From assembly GCA_963815215.1 (NCBI GenBank), contig CAWFFU010000011.1, positions 384,001 through 448,000 on the forward strand: a stretch of DNA of 64,000 bases, written 5' to 3'. Source of the DNA: an uncultured Trueperaceae bacterium (lineage in GTDB: Bacteria; Deinococcota; Deinococci; Deinococcales; Trueperaceae). Below are positions 12,192 through 25,406 of the stretch, in pieces. The notes beneath the pieces are model-generated. The model saw only the letters and a list, made by a program, of their open reading frames with translations, had not been told where the DNA came from and did no database searches. The stretch's first letter is position 1; every line of letters starts with the position of its first letter. The position numbers and the translations under genes were made by a program.

Positions 12192-13442
12192 TCACCCGCG
12201 TGCCTCCAGGGCGCGCAGGTCGAGCGCCCTCAACTCCCGGAAGCGGAAGGCGAACGCCAGCGCGGTGACGCCACTGGCCAGCGCCGCCACGAACAGCGAC
12301 GGGTAGCCGAGCAGGGGCGCGAGCGCACCTCCGAGCACCGGGGCCAGGCTGGGAAGCGACAGGAAGGTGTTCGAGAGGCCCACGTAGAGGGGGCGGTCCT
12401 CCTCCGGCGCCAGCGCGTAGAGCAGGTTCCAGGACGCGATGCCGACGCTGGAGTTTCCGGCGGCGGAGAACACGAACACGAGCGCGAACGCCTTCCAGCC
12501 CGGCATCAACAACGCCGCCACCGGCGCCAGCAGCAACAGCACCAGGCCCAGCTGAAGGATGGTCACGTTGCGGGCCCGGTTGGCCGCGCCCCGCAACAGG
12601 AAGTTCGCGCCGATCGACGCGAAGGTGGCGACGATGACGTAGCTCCCCAGCACGCTGGCGGGCGCTCCCAGCACCCGGATGGCGTAGACGGCATAGAAGG
12701 GATCGGCCAGCAACGCCAGCAGGCCGAGGAAGCGCACCCTGATGAAGCGGCGCAGGCTCGGGTCGCGCCTGAGCAGCGCCGGGATGGCGCCCACCATCGA
12801 CCGGAACGGTTGCCGTAGCGCCGGCTTGCCGGCCGGCTCCCGCACCAGGCTGAACGACAGGTAGGAGACGCCGGCCAGCACAGTCCCAAGCAGGAACACC
12901 ATGCCGAAGTCCTGCGGGAAGGGGATCCCGGCGGCGAGGATGCGCCGGAGGAGGAACCCGGCAAGGAGCGCCAGGCCGCCACCGATGGCATTCCGGAGCG
13001 CCCAGAAGGTACCGAGGCGGTAGTGCGGCACCACCTTCGCGGTGACGTCGGCGAAGGGAACGCCGGTGACGCCGCCGGCCACCGCGTTGACGGCGATCAT
13101 CGCCAGCACGACGAGCACCACCAGCTCCGGACGGTGCCCGAGGGCGAACACGGAGATCGTCATGAGCGTCCAGGCGGACACGCGCACCAGGGACATGCGG
13201 CGGTACCAAGGCATCTTGAAGGGCTCGTGGGCCAGTCGGTGGGCGACGAAGAGCTGCGGCAGGAACCAGCCGCCGATGCGCAGTGCCGGCACCAGGCCCA
13301 CCACCACCGCGGGCGCACCCAGCGCGGCCAGGAACGGCGCCAGCACCAGCGTGCTGTGGAAGAAGGCCTCGGAACCGTTGACGAAGATGCCGTTGTAGAC
13401 GCCAAGCCAGAAGTTCCGGTCCGGCCGGGACGCCTGTTGCAT
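12192..13442 (-). CDS. MFS transporter
   Basis: About 12 hydrophobic segments. The start was chosen 7 nt after a TACGAT -10-like box. Confidence 0.85.
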   Translation of the reverse strand: MQQASRPDRNFWLGVYNGIFVNGSEAFFHSTLVLAPFLAALGAPAVVVGLVPALRIGGWFLPQLFVAHRLAHEPFKMPWYRRMSLVRVSAWTLMTISVFALGHRPELVVLVVLAMIAVNAVAGGVTGVPFADVTAKVVPHYRLGTFWALRNAIGGGLALLAGFLLRRILAAGIPFPQDFGMVFLLGTVLAGVSYLSFSLVREPAGKPALRQPFRSMVGAIPALLRRDPSLRRFIRVRFLGLLALLADPFYAVYAIRVLGAPASVLGSYVIVATFASIGANFLLRGAANRARNVTILQLGLVLLLLAPVAALLMPGWKAFALVFVFSAAGNSSVGIASWNLLYALAPEEDRPLYVGLSNTFLSLPSLAPVLGGALAPLLGYPSLFVAALASGVTALAFAFRFRELRALDLRALEARG

Positions 13443-13585
13443 GAGCGTCATCGTACTCCGCATACGCTCTGGACGGCGGCATCCGACGTCTCACAGGACG
13501 CTTGACCCTTGCGATGCCGCGCCGGCCTCCCGATACTCGTGCCAAAGCGCAACCCGGGACTCGCCGGACAGACCGAGGAGGTACC

Positions 13586-14008
13586 ATGCCCGTCTCCGTT
13601 CACCGCGTCCGCTACTACTACGCGACCGTCGAGGAGGTTCCCGGCCAGACCTATGCCCTCCTCTCCCAGCTCGCCGCCTGCGGCGTCGACCTGCTGGCCT
13701 TCACGGCCGCCCCCGTCGGGCCGAAGCACGTACAGTGGTCGCTGTTCCCCGCCCACGTGCAAGAGTTCGAGGACGTCGCGCACGACATCGGACTCCCCAT
13801 CTTCGCGGTCCAGGACGCCCTCCTGGTCCAGGGCGACGACCGCCTGGGAGCACTCGCCGACCTGCATGAGCGCCTCAGCCGGGCGAGTGTCGAGGTCTAC
13901 GCCACCAGCGGCGTGACCGCCGGCGGCGAACGCTTCGGCTACGTCATCTACGTCAAGCCCGACGAGATCGACCGGGCATCGCAGGCGCTGGGGGCGCAGC
14001 CGACCTGA
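13586..14008 (+). CDS. Tandem ACT-like domain protein
   Basis: GAGGAGG SD. Two units, VEEVPGQ...GVDLLAF and DDRLGALA...SVEVYA. Confidence 0.7.
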   Translation: MPVSVHRVRYYYATVEEVPGQTYALLSQLAACGVDLLAFTAAPVGPKHVQWSLFPAHVQEFEDVAHDIGLPIFAVQDALLVQGDDRLGALADLHERLSRASVEVYATSGVTAGGERFGYVIYVKPDEIDRASQALGAQPT

Positions 14009-14132
14009 GCCCGCATGGACCGCTCCAAACCCGCCACCGAAGGGGCGTCGGCGTCCGCTCGGACCCCGCGCCGCGACCGATCCCCAACCAGCGGATTGCG
14101 CTGCAGACGCAACCTTTGCCGTTTCGTCTTCG

Positions 14133-14162
14133 TTGACAAGGCCCGCGGCCAACCCTTAGACT
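14133..14162 (+). promoter_or_regulatory. Sigma70-type promoter of tRNA-Ala
   Basis: TTGACA-N18-TAGACT just upstream of the tRNA. Confidence 0.7.
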
Positions 14163-14173
14163 ACAGGTCGCTT

Positions 14174-14250
<77 letters not shown>

Positions 14251-14264
14251 GCAACCTCGGGACA

Positions 14265-14298
14265 GGGGCGCGACCGACTTGGGTCGCGCCCCGCTTCC
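14265..14298 (+). terminator. GC-rich hairpin downstream of tRNA-Ala
   Basis: GGGGCGCGACC ... GGTCGCGCCCC stem with a weak U tail. Confidence 0.55.
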
Positions 14299-14327
14299 GT
14301 GGTGCCCGCACGCGGAAGGGTGAGACG

Positions 14328-14741
14328 ATGAGCTTCGACGCTCTGTACGATGACCAGGCGTGGGCGCTGGTGTTCGGCCCCGTCGGTGCCGGACCGTTCG
14401 AGGACTGGCGACGGCCCTACCACGTGTTCGTCATCGCCGCCCTGCAGGATCCCGCCCGATGGACCGACCTGATCGGCCGGCAGCCGCGGTTCGCCCCCGC
14501 CCTCGCCTATGGCTTCCGGCGCGCTCTGCTGGAGGTGGGAGGCGAGAAGCTCCCGTTCATGCTGGAGGCGGACGACCCGCAGCGTGCCCTGGCCGGCACC
14601 GTCTTCCTGGGCCTGGACGCCGACGAGCTGGCGCGCGTGGACGCCTTCGAACGGGCCGGCGACCACCGGCGTCGCATCGAGCTGGAAGTTGCGGTCGGGA
14701 AACGTCGTGTCGACGCCATGAGCTACGTCAAGCACGGCTGA
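14328..14741 (+). CDS. Hypothetical protein, gamma-glutamylcyclotransferase-like C-terminus
   Basis: GTVFLGLDADELARVDAFE...RRRIELEV...AMSYV pattern and host-like codon usage. Confidence 0.55.
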   Translation: MSFDALYDDQAWALVFGPVGAGPFEDWRRPYHVFVIAALQDPARWTDLIGRQPRFAPALAYGFRRALLEVGGEKLPFMLEADDPQRALAGTVFLGLDADELARVDAFERAGDHRRRIELEVAVGKRRVDAMSYVKHG

Positions 14742-14754
14742 CGGGCGCGGCTCC

Positions 14755-15576
14755 TCATCCCAACGCCACATCGAGGGCGAGCATCACCACCACGCCTGCC
14801 ATGGTGCCGAGGGTGGCCGCTCGCTCGCTCCCACGGGTGTGGGTCTCCGGGATGATCTCGTCGCTGATCACGTAGAGCATCCCGCCGGCGGCGAAGCCCA
14901 TGGCGTAGGGCAGCAGCGGGCCGATCCAGGACACCGCCCAGGCGCCGGCGACGGCGAGCGGGACCTCCACCAGCCCCGCCCGGATGCCGGTGAAGGCGGC
15001 GTACCACAGGCTCCCCATGCCGGCGTTGCGGGCCGCCACCGACACCGCCAGACCCTCCGGGATGTTCTGGATGCCGATCGCCAACATCAGCGCCACCGCG
15101 TCGTTCAGCGCGCCGGTGCCGAAGCCGACGCCTACGGCCAGTCCCTCCGGCATGTTGTGGAGGGTGATGGCGACGATGAACAGGATGACCCCGGCCACGC
15201 TCCGGGAGCCGCCGGCGGCGGCGTCCGGGCGCACCCGTCCGGTGACGAGCACGTGAACGTGAGGTACCCAGGCATCGGCCCGGTCGAGCATGAACACCCC
15301 CAGCACGATCCCGACGAGGACGGGCAGCAGCCCGCCCCGCTCGATGCCCGGCAGGATGAGGCTGGTGAAGCTCGCGGCCAGCATCACGCCGGCGGCGAAG
15401 CCGAGCGCGGTGTCGAGCGCGCGGCGGCTGGGCCGACGCCAGAACAGGATGGCCAGCGCCCCCACCAGGTTCAGGAAGGTGATCACCAGGCCCCCCGCCA
15501 ACCCCTGCAAGACGGGGTTCGGCCCGGCGATGCGAACGAAGAGGTCGACCAGACTCGGCACAGGACACCCCGCCAC
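14755..15576 (-). CDS. ZIP family metal transporter (GufA/ZupT-like)
   Basis: ITLHNMPEGLAVGV, IGIQNIPEG and YVISDEIIPE motifs. Confidence 0.92.
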   Translation of the reverse strand: MAGCPVPSLVDLFVRIAGPNPVLQGLAGGLVITFLNLVGALAILFWRRPSRRALDTALGFAAGVMLAASFTSLILPGIERGGLLPVLVGIVLGVFMLDRADAWVPHVHVLVTGRVRPDAAAGGSRSVAGVILFIVAITLHNMPEGLAVGVGFGTGALNDAVALMLAIGIQNIPEGLAVSVAARNAGMGSLWYAAFTGIRAGLVEVPLAVAGAWAVSWIGPLLPYAMGFAAGGMLYVISDEIIPETHTRGSERAATLGTMAGVVVMLALDVALG

Positions 15577-15821
15577 CAGGATAGTCAGCGCCGGCAGGGT
15601 CGTCCCGCTTCACCGCACAGACGGTCGCAAACGTCGACGGCACACGGTCGCCCTCCATCCTCGAGTCCGAGGATCCACAGCGTGCCCCGCTCAGGACCCT
15701 CTACCTGAGGCTGAGCGCGGCGGAACTCGGGCTCGTGGAGGCCGTGATGCTCGCCGGCGACTTTTCGGCGCCGTATCGAGCTGGAAGTCGCTGTCGGCGA
15801 GCGGCGCGTCGCCGCCATCGG

Positions 15822-16784
15822 CTACGTCCGCCGCGGGCTGCCGCCTTCGGGTCGCTCGTACCAGCTGCGCCAGATCCACCGATAGAGCGGTATCCAGCGC
15901 GGAACTCGGTTGATGAGCGGTACGAAGGGCGCGAACAGCGGCAGCAGCACCAGCGCCAACAGGACGATGAGCACGACCAGCAGATCACCATTGGGCGACG
16001 TCGCCATGGGCGGCACCTGGTACAGGAAGGTGTAGGGCCAGAGCCACCAGGCGCCCGGATAGGGTCCGGTCTCGTGACTGATCCCCCAGGTCTCGCCCAG
16101 CATGTTCAAGGACTTCGCGACCGAGTGATCCACCGCGCCCTGGAAGAACAGCAGCGCCCGAGTGGTGTCGAGCACGAACGGCTGGCGAGGTCCGGCCTCG
16201 AGCGCCCCGGTCAGCAAGCCCGACCGGCCGAGCCGCAACATGCCGTCCATCAGAGCCGGCACCGGCCCGTAGTCACCGGCAGGCAGGCTCACCTGGCTTC
16301 CCTTCACGACCGCGTTGTCGAGTGCCGTCAGGTAGGCGCCAGCCCAGGACTGCTGCTCCGCCGGGGTCGCCGAGCGGAACCGAGCGAGTGGGGCCGCCAG
16401 GCTCGGGTCGAGCTGGGCCGCCCGCTGCAGCGGCGCGAGCACCAGGTCTTCGGCCGCCCGGATGGGATGGGTCGCGCCGAACCACGCGGCGGGCGCCACC
16501 CCGAGCACGCGCTGGGCATCACCGGTCGTGGCCGTGTAGGGAGGACCGTAGTGCTGCAGATCGCTGGTCCCCGCCAGGAAGCCGGCGGCGGTCCGGAGCA
16601 GGGCCACGGGCTGGTCGCGAGCCACATCTTGCGCTCGTACGGTGGGGTAGTCGGGGGATCCGAAGAGAGCTGCCAGGACCACCACCAGCGCGACCACCAG
16701 GAGCAGCACGACGATGCCCTCCAGCACGAGGTCGTAGGGCTTGGTGGGCACGCCACGCAGCGTCTGCTCGGAGCGCACGCTCAT
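15822..16784 (-). CDS. Cytochrome b-associated membrane protein (subunit IV-like ends, large soluble insertion)
   Basis: N-terminal TM (PYDLVLEGIVV) and C-terminal PGAWWLWPYTFLYQVPP plus TM. Overlaps the cytochrome b stop codon. Confidence 0.7.
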   Translation of the reverse strand: MSVRSEQTLRGVPTKPYDLVLEGIVVLLLVVALVVVLAALFGSPDYPTVRAQDVARDQPVALLRTAAGFLAGTSDLQHYGPPYTATTGDAQRVLGVAPAAWFGATHPIRAAEDLVLAPLQRAAQLDPSLAAPLARFRSATPAEQQSWAGAYLTALDNAVVKGSQVSLPAGDYGPVPALMDGMLRLGRSGLLTGALEAGPRQPFVLDTTRALLFFQGAVDHSVAKSLNMLGETWGISHETGPYPGAWWLWPYTFLYQVPPMATSPNGDLLVVLIVLLALVLLPLFAPFVPLINRVPRWIPLYRWIWRSWYERPEGGSPRRT

Positions 16785-17395
16785 CGTCCACCGTCCATCG
16801 CGTCGCCGGAGCGCGGAAGCGGGTGCACCGGCCCGTCACGGCGGATGAGGAACAGGTGGACGCCGACCAGACCCACGATCACGAGCGGTAGCACCACGAC
16901 GTGCAAGGTGAGGACCTGGCCCAGATTCATGGGGTTGAAGATGCTCCCGCCGCCTACGGCGTTGATGGCGTCCTTGGACTGGACCGCGATCCACTGTGAG
17001 TCGAAGTTGGTCTGCGCCAGGTAGCCGGTCAAGCCTGCGAACAGCGCCACGAAGAAGGCGACCATGCCGACCGCCCAGGTCGGCCAGCGCCCGTCCCGCC
17101 AGGCCGCCATGAAGAACTTGGTGGCCATGTGCAGCACCAGCGAGGCGAAGAAGACCTGCACGCCCCAGAAGTGGAGCGAGTTGACGAAGCGTCCGACGGG
17201 GCGATGGTGATACCAGTCGGGCCCGAAGACCGTCAGCACCACGCCGGTGGCAACGAGCTCGACCAGCGCCATCAGCGTTGCCGCACCGAAGAGGTAGGCC
17301 ACCGAATCGACGTAGACCGGCATCCGGGTCGGCAGGGCGTCCTCCAGCGTGAGGTTGCGCTGCAGCGTGCGCTGGAGCCGGCGAGTGAGGTTCAC
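16781..17395 (-). CDS. Cytochrome b N-terminal (b6-like) di-heme protein
   Basis: Four His ligands (SLHFW...VLHM; TLHVV...GVHLFLIRRDG) and a GLTGYL motif. 204 aa, GTG start. Confidence 0.88.
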   Translation of the reverse strand: MNLTRRLQRTLQRNLTLEDALPTRMPVYVDSVAYLFGAATLMALVELVATGVVLTVFGPDWYHHRPVGRFVNSLHFWGVQVFFASLVLHMATKFFMAAWRDGRWPTWAVGMVAFFVALFAGLTGYLAQTNFDSQWIAVQSKDAINAVGGGSIFNPMNLGQVLTLHVVVLPLVIVGLVGVHLFLIRRDGPVHPLPRSGDAMDGGR

Positions 17396-17565
17396 GGCTC
17401 GCCCTCCTCGGTGGCCTCGAGCCATCTGGGGAGACGCAGCCAGGCCGCTGCCAGCAGGGCGATATCGACCAGGCCCCACGCCACCAGGTTGGGCAAGGCG
17501 AAGTCGAAGATTCCGAACACCACGTGTGGCACGGCTGAAAGGAGCTGGCTGGGAAGGGCTTCCAT
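17392..17565 (-). CDS. Small membrane protein of the cytochrome b operon
   Basis: AAGGAGGT SD, one TM segment, and a 4-nt overlap with the cytochrome b start. Confidence 0.7.
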   Translation of the reverse strand: MEALPSQLLSAVPHVVFGIFDFALPNLVAWGLVDIALLAAAWLRLPRWLEATEEGEP

Positions 17566-17749
17566 GCGCATACCTCCTTGAGGCTGCAACGCGGCGGAGC
17601 CCGGCTCCGGACGTCGACCCCCACCGCGATAAGGCTAGGCCCGCCACCCCTATGAACGATGAGGGCACGGTGACTCTTGCGAACGTTGGAACAGATGGGC
17701 CCGGCATACCGCTGCCCCTGCCCCTCACGGACGGTAGGATTGGTCCGCT

Positions 17750-18514
17750 GTGGCGCTGCTCCTGGGTCTGTTCCTGTCTGGCACCGCGGCCGGCGCGCTC
17801 GGGGGGCTGCTCGGTCTGGGCGGCGGCATCTTCCTGGTGCCGGTGCTGACGCTGCTGTTCGACCTGCCCGTGCGTGTTGCCGTCGGCACCAGCCTGGTAT
17901 GCGTGATCGCCACCTCGGCAGGGGTGGCCGCGCTTTCGACCGAGGGCGGCGGCGCCGACGTGCCCCTGGCGTTGCGCCTGGAGATCGCGACCGCCGCGGG
18001 CGCCGTGCTCGGCGGCGTGGCGGGCGCCTTCATCCCGGCGCGCGTGCTCAGCCTGGTCTTCGCGGCGGTGGTGTTCGGGAGCGCCGGCTACACCCTCTCC
18101 AAAGCCCGCGGGCACGGGGCCGACGAGGCGATGTTCCGACGCGACTACCGCCCGCGGCGCTGGACGCTCGGGTACGCGGTCGCCAGCCTCGCCGGCATGG
18201 TGTCGGGGCTTCTGGGTGTCGGCGGCGGGTTCATCAAGGTACCGACGATGTACGCGATCATGGGCGTTCCGCTCGGCGTGGCGACCGCCACCAGCAACTT
18301 CATGGTCGGCATCACGGCGGCGGCCAGCGTCTTCGTCTACCTCGGTCGCGGCGACGTGCGGCCGACGGTCACGGTGGCGACGGCGGCGGGCGTGTTCCTC
18401 GGTGCGGCGCTGGGCACCGTGCTGCAGGCCCGGCTGCGCGTCTCCTGGCTGCGCTGGGCCCTGGTGGTGCTGATGGTGGGGATCGGCGTGCAGATGCTCT
18501 GGAAGGGGTTCTGA
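17750..18514 (+). CDS. TauE/SafE (TSUP) family exporter
   Basis: Two GLLGxGGG repeats, AVGTSL and ATATSNFM. Confidence 0.9.
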   Translation: MALLLGLFLSGTAAGALGGLLGLGGGIFLVPVLTLLFDLPVRVAVGTSLVCVIATSAGVAALSTEGGGADVPLALRLEIATAAGAVLGGVAGAFIPARVLSLVFAAVVFGSAGYTLSKARGHGADEAMFRRDYRPRRWTLGYAVASLAGMVSGLLGVGGGFIKVPTMYAIMGVPLGVATATSNFMVGITAAASVFVYLGRGDVRPTVTVATAAGVFLGAALGTVLQARLRVSWLRWALVVLMVGIGVQMLWKGF

Positions 18515-18515
18515 G

Positions 18516-18851
18516 ATGGAGCCCGAGCCGCGCACGCGGGCCGATCCACAGGGCATGGACCGGGCGATGCGGCGCGTCGCGCAGGGCCTGTCGGCCTTCG
18601 CGTTGGCGCTGATGGCGACCGGCCTGGTGCTGGCGCTGGCCCACGGCGGCGCGTCGGCACCGCTGGCGCTCGACCTCAAGGCGCGCTCGCACCGGCTCAT
18701 GCTGTTCGGCATCGGCGCCCTGGCGGTCCTCCCCGGCGTGCGGGTCCTGGTGGCGATGTCCTACTACACCGCCGCCCGGCGCCTGGCCGAGGCCGTGATC
18801 GCCCTGGTGGTAGTGCTCGAGCTGCTGCTGTCGATGATCACCGGCGGCTGA
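18516..18851 (+). CDS. DUF1634-like membrane protein
   Basis: Three TM segments, starting 1 nt after tauE. This is the usual TSUP partner position. Confidence 0.6.
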   Translation: MEPEPRTRADPQGMDRAMRRVAQGLSAFALALMATGLVLALAHGGASAPLALDLKARSHRLMLFGIGALAVLPGVRVLVAMSYYTAARRLAEAVIALVVVLELLLSMITGG

Positions 18852-19022
18852 ACCGCGCCGGCTGTCATCGATACCTCCCACACGCCTGTCGGACTTTCCC
18901 CGATGGCACGCTCGCGAGATTCTTCCTAAGCTCGAAGTACCCCGGTAGGAGGCTCACCAGGCGCGTCCGAGGCCTGTCCCGTGCGCGCCGAGCGGACGCA
19001 TGGTCCGCGGGAGGTGGCGCTG

Positions 19023-20806
<1,784 letters not shown>

Positions 20807-20810
<4 letters not shown>

Positions 20811-21820
20811 CCGCCATCGATACCCTCACCCGCGAGCACGGCCACGAGCTGCTGCTCGACATGTTACGGATCCGGCGCATGGAGGAGACGTGCGCCGAGC
20901 TCTACCAGGCCACCAAGATCCGCGGCTTCCTGCACCTGTACATCGGTGAGGAGGCCGTCGCCACCGGCGCCATGCGTGCGCTCAGACCCGAAGACGCGGT
21001 GGTGGCCACCTACCGCGAGCACGGTCACGCATTGATCCGCGGCGTGAGCGCGGAGAAGATCCTGGCCGAGATGTACGGCAAGCAGGAGGGCTGCAGCCGC
21101 GGCCGCGGCGGGTCGATGCACCTGTACGACGCCGACACCCACTTCTACGGCGGCAACGCCATCGTAGGCGGCGGCATCCCGCTGGCCGTCGGCATGGCGC
21201 TGGCCGACAAGCTGCGGGGGCTCCAGCGCGTGAGCGCCTGCTTCTTCGGCGACGGCGCGGTCGCCGAAGGCGAGTTCCACGAGTCGATGAACCTCGCCGC
21301 GGTGTGGGATCTCCCGGTGCTGTTCTGCTGCGAGAACAACCTCTACGGCATGGGTACGGCGATCGAGCGGGTGCAGTCCGAGACCCGGCTGGCGCTCAAG
21401 GCCGCGAGCTACCGCATCCCCGCCTGGGACGTCGACGGCATGGACGTGCTGGCGACCGAGGACACCACCCGGAAGGCCGCGGAGGCGGTGCGCGCCGGCG
21501 GCGGCCCCCACTTCATCGAGTACCGCACCTACCGCTTCCGCGCGCACAGCATGTTCGACCCCGAGCTCTACCGCGACAAGGAGGAGGTCGCGAGCTGGAA
21601 GGAGCGCGACCCCATCGCGCTGTTCCGTGACCGCCTGCGGGCCGCGGAGCTGCTCACCGACGAGGAGGACGGTCGGCTCGAGGCCTTCGCCGCCGAGGAG
21701 ATCGCGGCCGCGGTCGCGTTCGCCGAAGCCGGCACCTGGGAGCCGCTCGAAGACCTCGAGCGCTTCGTCTACAGCGAGCCCGGCACCGCCCAGGACCTCC
21801 GAAGGGAGATGGCATCGTGA
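20807..21820 (+). CDS. pdhA: Pyruvate dehydrogenase-like E1 alpha
   Basis: [21 protein letters not shown] motif GDGA...ENN and [13 protein letters not shown] overlap. Confidence 0.92.
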
Positions 21821-22840
21821 CCGTCGCGACCCCCGCACGGCCCCCGGCCGCACCCGCGGCCGAGCCGCGCACCACGACCTACCGCGAGGCGATCCGCGAA
21901 GCCATACGGACGGCCATGCACGCCGACGAGCGGGTGTTCCTGATGGGCGAGGACGTGGGCCGCTACGGCGGCTGTTACGCCGTCAGCATGGGCCTGCTCG
22001 AGGAGTTCGGCGAGGATCGCATCCGCGACACTCCGCTCTCCGAGTCGGCCTTCGTGGGGGCCGGCATCGGCGCCGCCATGGTTGGCATGCGCCCCATCGT
22101 CGAGGTCATGACGGTGAACTTCAGCCTGCTCGCGCTCGACCAGATCATGAACACCGCCGCCACGGTGCTGCACATGTCGGGCGGCCTGTTCAACGTGCCG
22201 CTGGTCATCCGCATGGCCACCGGCGGCGGCCGGCAGCTCGGCGCCCAGCACTCCCACAGCCTGGAGGGGTGGTACGCCCACATCCCCGGCATCCGGGTGC
22301 TCGTGCCCGGCACGGTGGAGGACGCCGGAGGCATGCTGGCGCCGGCGCTGGCCGACCCCGACCCGGTGCTGCTGTTCGAGAACGCCCTGCTCTACAACAG
22401 TGAGGGCCCCGCGCCCGACCCGACGCACCCGGTCGACATCGCCCACGCGGTGGTGCGCCGGCCCGGCGCCGACGTCAGCCTGCTGACCTACGGCGGCTCG
22501 CTCCACAAGACGCTGGAGGCCGCCGACGCGCTCGAGCAGGAAGGCATCTCCGCGGAAGTGGTCGATCTACGGGTGTTGAGGCCGCTCGACACCGACACGC
22601 TGCTCGCCTCGGTGGCGCACACGCACCGCGTCGTGGTGGTGGACGAGGGATGGCGCAGTGGCGGCATCGCCGCCGAGATCCTCGCCCGCATCGCCGAGAA
22701 GGGCCTGTACGACCTCGACGCGCCCCCCGAACGCGTGTGCAGCGCCGAAGTGCCCCTCCCCTACGCCAAGCACATGGAGGAGGCCGCGCTGCCGAACGCC
22801 GCCCGCATCGTGGCCGCGGCCCGGAAGGTGGTGGGCGTAG

Positions 22841-22848
<8 letters not shown>
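21817..22848 (+). CDS. pdhB: Pyruvate dehydrogenase-like E1 beta
   Basis: LMGEDVG, DTPLSE, GAQHSHS and [11 protein letters not shown]. Confidence 0.92.
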
Positions 22849-24391
<1,543 letters not shown>

Positions 24392-24395
<4 letters not shown>

Positions 24396-24658
24396 CCATG
24401 AAGGCACCCATCGTCGACGAGACCGAGATCCGCGCCACCGTCCTCGAGCTGCTGGGCCAGGTCGCGCCCGAGACCGACCCCGGCGCCATCGATGCGGACG
24501 CCAGCATCCAGGAGCAGCTCGACATCGACTCGATCGACTTCCTGAACTTCATCATGAGCGTGAACGAGAGGACCGGGATCGAGATCCCTGAGCGCGACTA
24601 CACCAAGGTCGCCACGCTGAACGACTGCGTGCGTTACCTGGCGGCGAAGGCGAGCTGA
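24392..24658 (+). CDS. Acyl carrier protein
   Basis: Acidic 88-aa protein with LDIDSIDF phosphopantetheine site. Overlaps the E2 stop codon. Confidence 0.88.
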
Positions 24659-24878
24659 CGGCCAGGCAACGTTCCCAGTGAGTCGGCGCCCTTCCCCGGA
24701 GCGTCGAGAGGTGGCGTGACGAGGCGACAGCAACGTCCTCGTCACGCCTCTTCCTGTGCTCGTCGAGCGGAGCGCGGTCGCGCCCGACCCGGGCCTCGCC
24801 GCCCCGTGCGCTACGATGCAGCGCACTCTAGCCCGGTGTCCCACCACGCACCGGAACAACTGAACCACGACCCCTCGG

Positions 24879-24908
24879 TTGACGGCCCGGGGCGGCAGGA
24901 ATTAGACT
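24879..24908 (+). promoter_or_regulatory. Sigma70-type promoter of tRNA-Lys
   Basis: TTGACG-N18-TAGACT, the same layout as the tRNA-Ala promoter. Confidence 0.65.
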
Positions 24909-24925
24909 ATCCGACGCTGACGCTT

Positions 24926-25002
<77 letters not shown>

Positions 25003-25406
25003 ACGGAAGAGCCGTGAGGGACAAGCGACCGAAGGTCGCGACCCTCGCGGCTCGTTTCATCGTTGCGCGCTCGGCACCTTGGCTGACACCTCAGCGCTGC
25101 ACTCCGTGCCGTCACGAACCCGAAGACCTCAAGGCGCCATCTCCCTGGGCCGACGCGGGCCACCGGAACGGGTCTCGTGGGGAGGTATTGCGAGGATGAC
25201 ATCTGGCGGTCGCAAGGCGGTAGCCCACGTGGCGAACGCCTGCGTCTTGCCCACGACGCTACCGAACCACAAGCACAGGAATGCCCACGAAAGGGGAGCA
25301 TCCAGTACCGCTCTCGGCTTGGCGTGTCGCCAGAGGGATGCCTGCGCGCTCCGCCTCGTTGGTGGGTTAGAGTGCGAACCGAACACACGTTTCGAAAGGG
25401 GTTGCG

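Noticed and set aside
16781..18712. 643-aa ORF as an extended cytochrome b
   Set aside because: The N-terminal 439 codons are antisense to tauE. The real start is the GTG at 17395.
18884..18930. TCGG-ACTTTC-CCGA dyad upstream of acsA as a regulator site
   Set aside because: The 4-bp arms are expected by chance in GC-rich DNA.
25094..25400. Possible integrase remnant next to the left arm (also 27484-27700)
   Set aside because: No R-H-R-H-Y motifs are recognisable in any frame. BLASTX would be needed.
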